DNA of 64,000 nucleotides from a virus: IMG/VR virus record IMGVR_UViG_3300025318_000007, positions 1 to 64,000 of that record; one strand, 5' to 3'. Shown piece by piece: positions 57,862 to 64,000 of this stretch (position 1 is its first letter; each line of letters starts with the position of its first letter). The notes under the pieces were generated by a model. It saw only the letters and a program-made list of their open reading frames with translations, ran no database searches and was not told where the DNA came from. The position numbers and the translations under genes were made by a program.

Positions 57862-58440
57862 CTACTCCGATCGAATTACATTTAATCGAGCAAATTCTCC
57901 AAAACGTTCTACCGCTGCTCGATTGTAAGCGCGAGCCGCTTCAACCTCTGTTTCAAAGGTTCCCAGATGCTTCGATTTTCCACTGATCCCGATTTGCGCG
58001 TACCAATTTTGGTTAGCCTTCGACCAGTAGACTCCTTTATAACGACTGGCAGTGACGTGACCGCCATAAGTCACACACTTATTTTTATTTGCGCCATTTT
58101 CCGCTTTAGAGCATGGTCGTAAATTTTCTCGGGTGTTATCGAGAGTGTTATTGTTTCTATGATCGACCCAATTTATCCCTAAAATAAATCGATGTAAGTA
58201 AACATTCTTACCCTGAATCCAAGTCGCAACGTAATACCCACCATCGGATAATTTAGAAAGCCACCACTTATGGACACTAACCTTGTCATAGTCTTCGAGA
58301 TCGACTAATGCCTCTTTACCGTGCCCATACTTACCAGTTAGAGGTATTTTTAACGCCATTAGATTAACCCCACGACCAAACAGAAAAACCCCCCGACTTG
58401 TTTCCCTTCTCTTTAACCTTTCGCATCGCTTCCAGCGCAA
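57862..58440 (-). CDS. HNH-AP2 homing endonuclease
   Basis: HNH_3 motif WVDHRNNNTLDNTRENLRPCSKAENGANK; AP2 domain YKGVYWSKANQNWYAQIGISGKSKHLGTFETEVEAARAYNRAA. Confidence 0.85.
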   Translation of the reverse strand: MRWKRCERLKRRETSRGVFLFGRGVNLMALKIPLTGKYGHGKEALVDLEDYDKVSVHKWWLSKLSDGGYYVATWIQGKNVYLHRFILGINWVDHRNNNTLDNTRENLRPCSKAENGANKNKCVTYGGHVTASRYKGVYWSKANQNWYAQIGISGKSKHLGTFETEVEAARAYNRAAVERFGEFARLNVIRSE

Positions 58441-59824
58441 ACCAACTCGCCATAAGCGTATCCATGTGAGTCAATGGATAATATCGAATTTCATTTATCC
58501 AATAACAGAAATTACAAGAACACGTTTCGTCGTGATTTCCTCCGGACTTGAAAGGAACCGTCCAATGCCCCGACTCGATTTCAGCAAGCAGAGAGGGCAC
58601 ACCCATTTCGAGATCAACTTTTTGCGTGCCCGTGAAATAGCCCTCGATCGGAAGACCAATAGGACCAAGGCCGCGGAGCAAATCAGTGAGATACTTTTGT
58701 GCCCCATTATTCTCCACAAAAATTAGAGTCGGCTTTAATCTCTCATACGTTTCAATTATAGCACGTCCAGTATCAAGGATCGACTTCTGCTGAAACTTCT
58801 TTATCTCAATCGGGACCCTCTTTCCATTGGGGTACCTGCCGAGGGTGTAAATTACGGTAGGCGAATTATCATCTCCCTCACGATGGCCAAGATCGATTCC
58901 CGTGAACCGCATCACTTCCTGGTTCTGCAGGACATCGAATACTGAAAGATTCCGATCTCCAATCGTTTCTAAGGCCGATGCATTAATCCAAGACTCAGTA
59001 TCCGTAACAGCGACTCCTCGATAGGCTCGATTATAGGCTCGCTGCTTTAAAACACCCAATCGTTTTTTGAAGTATTCATCGGGAAATCGCTCGGGCCATG
59101 GACTTTCAAAGTTATCCCCCACCCACGTTTCAGGAGCATGTGGTATGTTTGGGTTGTTCCTGACCTCACAAACAATATCCAATTCATGCCACGGAGTACC
59201 TACCATGTACCATCGAGCATCGGGTCCATCTAACAAATTCAACCAGGCATTCGCCCAAGCCTCCTTAACCTGCTCTCGAGTACGAGGTTGGTGAATAGCA
59301 TTTCGCATGCCACTAATATCATCGAAGAAGACCAAATCTGCACGACCGCCCACACTCGCTGTTAAGATGCCGCCGCCTTCTATGGTCGGATCTTTATGAT
59401 GCATTTTGTTCTCAACCGTCATAGACATCTTATTCCACGAGTCAGTCGGCGAAGGTCTAATATCAGGAAACACTTCGTGATAGCGTTCGTTTTTAAGAAT
59501 GGTATTACTTATCCTGGTCAGAATTTTCTTAACCAGATCATCTGTTTCAGTAGCGACCTTGATTCGGATATTTGGATCCTTGCCGATCTCCCAAAGAGAC
59601 CTGCCAATAGTGATTTGCTCAGTTTTTCCGGTGTCACGGCAGGCTAATACTTGGCCGTACTGATTACTATCCATAAATCGATGCCAGGTTTCATGAAACT
59701 TGGCATTTTTGAATCCAAAAATATACTGTGTGAAAATATTACTGTCTTGCCGAGCTAACCGAATAGTCTTTTCTTTGAGTGCTCGGTAAAGTTGAAGTTT
59801 GGAATCAAAGGCAGCTTCACTCAT
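58364..59824 (-). CDS. terL: terminase large subunit
   Basis: Walker A LACRDTGKTE, Walker B ADLVFFDD, nuclease region GIDLGHREGDD. Confidence 0.9.
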   Translation of the reverse strand: MSEAAFDSKLQLYRALKEKTIRLARQDSNIFTQYIFGFKNAKFHETWHRFMDSNQYGQVLACRDTGKTEQITIGRSLWEIGKDPNIRIKVATETDDLVKKILTRISNTILKNERYHEVFPDIRPSPTDSWNKMSMTVENKMHHKDPTIEGGGILTASVGGRADLVFFDDISGMRNAIHQPRTREQVKEAWANAWLNLLDGPDARWYMVGTPWHELDIVCEVRNNPNIPHAPETWVGDNFESPWPERFPDEYFKKRLGVLKQRAYNRAYRGVAVTDTESWINASALETIGDRNLSVFDVLQNQEVMRFTGIDLGHREGDDNSPTVIYTLGRYPNGKRVPIEIKKFQQKSILDTGRAIIETYERLKPTLIFVENNGAQKYLTDLLRGLGPIGLPIEGYFTGTQKVDLEMGVPSLLAEIESGHWTVPFKSGGNHDETCSCNFCYWINEIRYYPLTHMDTLMASWFALEAMRKVKEKGNKSGGFSVWSWG

Positions 59825-60357
59825 GAATCCTTCTCGGGATCAGTAACTTCAACATCTGCGGGACTTGGCAGCTCCGCTTTAGCACTACCAACCAATCCTC
59901 TCAATGAATCAATATGGCGATCAAGATCTTCTTCCTTCATTCCAGTGACGTCGATGACATCATGATTCTCATTGCGGCCGGTGGGCTGTCCGAGGATCAA
60001 TCGCTTCTCTTTATTGACAAACTCGAGTCCTTTGATAACGTCCTGCCAGGTTGTAGGTCCGATCAGGTTATTTAAAAGAGCAGTAGATATCTTGGTTTGA
60101 AGATGTTCGAGCAGTTGCATCTCAGTGAGCATGTCTTTTGCGACTAGATTATTTTGAGCTTCTCGCATTACTTCAATCTGCCCAGAAAGAGTGGATTGGA
60201 GATCACTTACCTTCTGATCCCACTGTTCCTCTTTCTTCCAAACGTGAAGAGTAGCTGGGGGAATACCAGTCTCTTTCGAGACTCGAGAAACATTACGAAA
60301 TCGAACATAAAGTCGAAAGGCGGTTTGCCGTCTCTCTACATCGGGTAACTTTGACAT
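59821..60357 (-). CDS. terS: terminase small subunit (HTH)
   Basis: RLYVRFRNVSRVSKETGIPPATLHVW HTH directly upstream of terL with 4-nt overlap. Confidence 0.6.
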   Translation of the reverse strand: MSKLPDVERRQTAFRLYVRFRNVSRVSKETGIPPATLHVWKKEEQWDQKVSDLQSTLSGQIEVMREAQNNLVAKDMLTEMQLLEHLQTKISTALLNNLIGPTTWQDVIKGLEFVNKEKRLILGQPTGRNENHDVIDVTGMKEEDLDRHIDSLRGLVGSAKAELPSPADVEVTDPEKDS

Positions 60358-60359
60358 AC

Positions 60360-60379
60360 CTCATTTAACATTAAATGAG
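60360..60379. promoter_or_regulatory. perfect 9-bp inverted repeat CTCATTTAA-CA-TTAAATGAG overlapping terS ribosome-binding site
   Basis: seen in sequence; second arm contains GAG of SD. Confidence 0.3.
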
Positions 60380-60391
60380 TGTCAGTGTCAA

Positions 60392-61015
60392 TCAGAGATG
60401 CGAAAGAGGATCGGGAAAGTGCTGCTGTAGGAATGCTTTAAGTGTTTGAACTACAAAAGTATTTTCAGGAGTTTGAATAAAAAGAACAGTATCCCCCATT
60501 TGATTCTTGTTCTTTTCAAACACATAGAATACAAGATCGGGGGTACCTGGTTTGGTAAAAAAGACTATAGAATTCTTTGACTTAGTATCCTCATTAGACT
60601 TAACCCAATATTCATACACATGAGACTTTTCTGGATTCTTGAAGAACTGCTGGAAGCTCCATTCTTTCCTACGTTTGCATTCCAAAGGTCCGAGCCCAGC
60701 CATTTTCCAGACACGTTGAATATCATTAATGGGCTTGATATCCCCTTCAGGCTGCGCTCTTCCGTGCGGCTTAGTACGAAAAAATCCATCTTGCCACTTA
60801 GAAATACCAAAGTGAGAGCATATCTTTTTTGCAACATCTCGCTCGTAGTTACTACCTATCTCACGTGCTTTACGAGCAATCTGCTGCTTAAGAGTCTCGG
60901 GAGTACCCGCTTGCTTGGCAACCTGCGCAGCGGTAGGAAATTGATCCTCGCCTATTTGATCAAGAAGTTTACTCATCAGTTTTAGTTTGATCTTCCGGAG
61001 CTCCCCGTGGAGCAT
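60392..61015 (-). CDS. hypothetical protein
   Basis: ORF track. Confidence 0.45.
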   Translation of the reverse strand: MLHGELRKIKLKLMSKLLDQIGEDQFPTAAQVAKQAGTPETLKQQIARKAREIGSNYERDVAKKICSHFGISKWQDGFFRTKPHGRAQPEGDIKPINDIQRVWKMAGLGPLECKRRKEWSFQQFFKNPEKSHVYEYWVKSNEDTKSKNSIVFFTKPGTPDLVFYVFEKNKNQMGDTVLFIQTPENTFVVQTLKAFLQQHFPDPLSHL

Positions 61016-62039
61016 ATGGTGGTCGAAGCTTGAGTTCTTTATAAGCGTATTCCATTAAGTCATCCCCAAGCATTTTAGCAATATCTTCAGCTCGATATTT
61101 TGCTCCCTGCGTCTCAAACCAACCACCAGCTTTCTTAATCAGAGGTGGATTAAAAAGACCTTCATCTGTAAGGAAGTCAAGAAGAATTTCCTTTGGACGC
61201 AATCCTTCTTCGAAATATAAATCGAAGTTTCGAGTTCTGAATGGCGGTACGAACTTATTCTTAACTGTGATTACATTGATGGTCTGTCCATAGGTAGTAT
61301 CCTTACCACCTTCCTTGAGATATCCTTTACGACGAGCTTCAACCATCAATCCTGCATGGAACTCAATCGCATGTCCTCCGATCTTGGACTTTTGAGTTCC
61401 GTACATGATACCAGGATTGTCCTTCAATTGTGAAACAAAAACAAGAGCAACATTTTGATCCCAAATGAGACCACTTAACTTCCGCAGTCCTTCTGAGATA
61501 ATCTTTGCATGTTCAGCTCGCTGCTTACCTTCAGTTGAATCCTCAGATTCGACTTCCGAAGCTGAAGGAGCTCCCGAAACACTGTCAACGGCAATGAATA
61601 CCGGGGTTGCACTCTGAACTTCCTTGATCTTAGTAATAGCTAACTTAATGTAATCAAACACCCCTTGTAGGTGAGGTGGCCGTGGAAGAATCAATCTTTC
61701 AGGGTCAACTCCGTGAAACTGCGACCACGTGCTGTCATAACTATGCTCGGTATCAATAAGAACGCATACAACTCCTTCTTTCTGCGCAGCACCGATAGTG
61801 CGAGCTATGATTGTTGACTTGCCAGAACCATAAGGACCAGCAATCTCACTGATACGGCCTAGCGGCCATCCAGGTCTTCCGATGACCCAATCAAGGGCGA
61901 GGTTTCCGGTGGGCACAAAAGCTTTAACATTTTCTGGTTTGAACTCTCTTGATAAAGTGCTGGCTGAGCCTTCTCCAAATTCTTTCACAAAGCTCTTCAC
62001 CACCATATCAATGAGCTTTTGTTCTTCAGTCTGCGCCAT
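60969..62039 (-). CDS. recA: RecA-family recombinase
   Basis: LALDWVIGRPGWPLGRISEIAGPYGSGKST aligns with RecA [27 protein letters not shown]. Confidence 0.85.
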   Translation of the reverse strand: MAQTEEQKLIDMVVKSFVKEFGEGSASTLSREFKPENVKAFVPTGNLALDWVIGRPGWPLGRISEIAGPYGSGKSTIIARTIGAAQKEGVVCVLIDTEHSYDSTWSQFHGVDPERLILPRPPHLQGVFDYIKLAITKIKEVQSATPVFIAVDSVSGAPSASEVESEDSTEGKQRAEHAKIISEGLRKLSGLIWDQNVALVFVSQLKDNPGIMYGTQKSKIGGHAIEFHAGLMVEARRKGYLKEGGKDTTYGQTINVITVKNKFVPPFRTRNFDLYFEEGLRPKEILLDFLTDEGLFNPPLIKKAGGWFETQGAKYRAEDIAKMLGDDLMEYAYKELKLRPPYAPRGAPEDQTKTDE

Positions 62040-62062
62040 CGAAAACCTCGCTTTATTGAATT

Positions 62063-63028
62063 TTACTTCTGAAGTTTAGCCTTCAGAGCAGCTTCCAACG
62101 CATCGACCTGAGCGTACCGATCAGCGACATTACTATCAACCTGAACAGGTGCTGGTTGAACCGCCGCTGGGGGTTGTACAGGCTGCGGAGTTGGAATGGG
62201 TGCAGCAGGTGCAACCGGTGCCGATGTAGCAGCTTGTGGCGCTACAGGAGCGGCAGCCGGTGCAGATGGTGCGGGCTGAGGTCCTGGAATTGGAGCAGTA
62301 ATAACTGGTCCGGGTCCGACAGCGACCGGCGCATTACTAACCGGCTGTGGCGTAGAAACATACCCCGCTGGTCGATAAACTTTCCACGGCTGCGAGGCGA
62401 AAGCGGATTCAACATCTGCTGGATTCGGATACAAGAAGATATCATCGAGATTGAAAAGCTGATCCAGCCACTGTGGATTCTGAATTGGCGTCGACTGCCG
62501 AGCTGGATAGATCGCATCTTTCGAATTACGACCTTGTCCGGTTCTGGTCAGCGTCATGTCCGTTCCATGAGCTGGATGCGTGATATCCCCGTACTCGCCG
62601 CTGTCCTGAATGTTCTGAATCGCGGTATAGATGATCTTGCCGAACGAATAAACGAGAACACCGGCACCTGGGTTGTTCAAATCGATAATATTGGCGTACC
62701 ATCTTTTTGCCGGTCGGCAAACAGAAATGTCCGGTTCGTACTTATCGTACTCAGCTCGAAGATTGCTGTACAACGCGCAAAATGGACACGTGTTCTCTCG
62801 AACCATGTTCGGACAAATGAACGTTGTTTTCGACAACCCTGCTTCCCAATGAATCTGGGTGAACCTGGCGTACAAGCCTGACGATGACCACGGAGGCAAG
62901 ATACGAATGCGATAAGTACCCTCCTTGAGCGTGAACAGCTTGTTCTGTGGAACGTTTTTGAGATAGGGCTCACGAGTCATCGGTGAAGAAGCTCTTTGAG
63001 CCTGTGGATTATATTCGTAGTAACCCAT
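62063..63028 (-). CDS. T4 gp32-like single-stranded DNA-binding protein with Pro/Ala-rich tail
   Basis: RIRILP...HWEAG...CPNMVRENTCPFC parallels gp32 VIRFLP...H...C...CPVC zinc site; C-terminal PAPSAPAAAPVAPQA low complexity. Confidence 0.65.
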   Translation of the reverse strand: MGYYEYNPQAQRASSPMTREPYLKNVPQNKLFTLKEGTYRIRILPPWSSSGLYARFTQIHWEAGLSKTTFICPNMVRENTCPFCALYSNLRAEYDKYEPDISVCRPAKRWYANIIDLNNPGAGVLVYSFGKIIYTAIQNIQDSGEYGDITHPAHGTDMTLTRTGQGRNSKDAIYPARQSTPIQNPQWLDQLFNLDDIFLYPNPADVESAFASQPWKVYRPAGYVSTPQPVSNAPVAVGPGPVITAPIPGPQPAPSAPAAAPVAPQAATSAPVAPAAPIPTPQPVQPPAAVQPAPVQVDSNVADRYAQVDALEAALKAKLQK

Positions 63029-63045
63029 AATATTTCCTCCTTGTT

Positions 63046-63444
63046 TTAGTCGTCGTGATTGTTAAGGCCCCGTTTAAATAGATCGCGTCGATTAAGACTC
63101 ATCAATAAGCGGCTCTTCATATCGAACGCAGAGGCGGCCTTGGTTAACAACTTGTGTTCTTTGTGTAAGCGTGTACACTCGTTTTTCAATTCATTCCATT
63201 TTGCATCAGATCGATACATTCGTTTAATGTGCGTTTCTTTTGCGTCTTCATCTTGTAATTTGTATTGTTGAGCTAAAGTTACTTCGTGTGTTTCTAAAGC
63301 AATTTGAGCTTTTTCAGCAAGTTCTTCTGCTTCCACAGATAGGGCTGAAACAGAATAGAAGTAAGATGGACATGTAGCCATCTCTCCTTCTAAATTCATT
63401 TCGTTGATGCGTACTAACTTACTAACGTCGAGTTGTTCGGACAT
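63046..63444 (-). CDS. hypothetical coiled-coil protein
   Basis: ORF track. Confidence 0.4.
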   Translation of the reverse strand: MSEQLDVSKLVRINEMNLEGEMATCPSYFYSVSALSVEAEELAEKAQIALETHEVTLAQQYKLQDEDAKETHIKRMYRSDAKWNELKNECTRLHKEHKLLTKAASAFDMKSRLLMSLNRRDLFKRGLNNHDD

Positions 63445-64000
63445 GAGCCTTCTGATTGGTAAATGTCATTCAGCTTCTTGATGTTATCAAGTATAGCTTG
63501 AATCTGTATTGGGTTAAGCGCCGCTGTTAAATCGATCTTAAGTCCGTTTGGTCGCGGACCCAGTACATCTATATTATGTAAAGCGGCCATTGATGCCATT
63601 CTCGTATCCATACTAACACGTCTACGAGCTGCCCAAATAATTTCGCCAACACTATTCATGCCCAACAAGTGAACATTCTTGCCAGCTGCGCGAAGTGAAG
63701 GAAGCGTTGGTCCAATGAATTCCATTCGCACACAAGCTAATTCTTCAGCGTTTAAATTTGAAGTAACGCTTTCGTAATACTGTACAAGTCGGGGAAATCC
63801 AACCCAACGAATAGAACGCTGTTTACAAGCAAATTCGATTTCTCGCATTGCTTCTGCTTTTGTGCGGCCCTGAATAACATACAGAAGTTCTGGTTTACGA
63901 AAAAGAGTTAACTGATCAAATACAAACTCATAATCGTAAAAGTTCTGCCTTGTCTTTTGCGCGTCGCAGAGTACGTCAGGAACTACTACGACTCTGGGTT
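63414..64000 (-). CDS. TGT-fold transglycosylase, DpdA-like (3' part; gene runs off right edge)
   Basis: frame open from 63414 to window edge; YVIQGRT, HLLGMNSVGEIIWAARRRVSMDTRMASMAA aligns to Tgt [31 protein letters not shown] incl. catalytic Asp; no Zn CxCxxC motif. Confidence 0.45.
   Translation of the reverse strand, partial: PRVVVVPDVLCDAQKTRQNFYDYEFVFDQLTLFRKPELLYVIQGRTKAEAMREIEFACKQRSIRWVGFPRLVQYYESVTSNLNAEELACVRMEFIGPTLPSLRAAGKNVHLLGMNSVGEIIWAARRRVSMDTRMASMAALHNIDVLGPRPNGLKIDLTAALNPIQIQAILDNIKKLNDIYQSEGSCPNNSTLVS

Noticed and set aside
62156-62881. 241-aa plus-strand ORF
   Set aside because: It is antisense to the SSB gene, and its Arg/Trp/Cys-rich product is the mirror of the Pro/Ala-rich SSB tail.
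1-64000. CRISPR array, integrase/attachment site, and lysogeny repressor
   Set aside because: No spaced direct-repeat array is visible, and no tyrosine or serine recombinase motif was seen in any frame. The window looks like a lytic-type genome segment.

Overview
Summary: this window looks like a contiguous segment of a tailed dsDNA phage genome; it could also be a prophage, but no integrase or repressor is seen in the window. Almost every gene is on the minus strand and tightly packed with overlapping stop/start codons. Overall GC content is roughly 45%. No sheath gene is present, so the tail module is long and non-contractile (siphovirus-like). The phage-encoded secreted proteins carry Bacteroidetes-style signal peptides, and the endolysin is of the type used against Gram-negative hosts.

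Reading the minus strand from 64000 down to 1, the modules are:
- a TGT/DpdA-like DNA transglycosylase gene, running off the right edge
- recombination and replication genes: a gp32-like single-stranded DNA-binding protein and RecA
- terminase small and large subunits
- an HNH-AP2 homing endonuclease
- portal, a MuF-like minor head protein with an HExxH motif, a classic AAA+ ATPase, a fused prohead protease and scaffold, and the major capsid protein
- an FmdB zinc ribbon and a ribonucleotide reductase sitting inside the head module
- head-completion proteins
- a ~12 kb glycosyltransferase, nucleotide-sugar and methyltransferase island (34.0-46.0 kb), which I consider the most unusual feature
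- neck proteins, a tail tube gene with a consensus promoter, a tail chaperone with a probable -1 frameshift, a 1366-aa tape measure protein, and tail, baseplate and fibre proteins
- a GH108 endolysin
- a DNA-binding phosphoesterase, ClpP-like protease, Gpt-like phosphoribosyltransferase, and a nucleoside deoxyribosyltransferase-like protein
- a cluster of exported proteins and lipoproteins, including a secreted protein with internal tandem repeats
- a dNTP pool-sanitation cluster: ThyX, MazG, NUDIX and a metallophosphoesterase
- an SPFH-domain protein and about 20 small early-type hypothetical genes

The only confident plus-strand gene is 5555..5902. I found no tRNA, CRISPR array, integrase or repressor. 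All functional calls come from motifs I recognised by eye. No database search was run.
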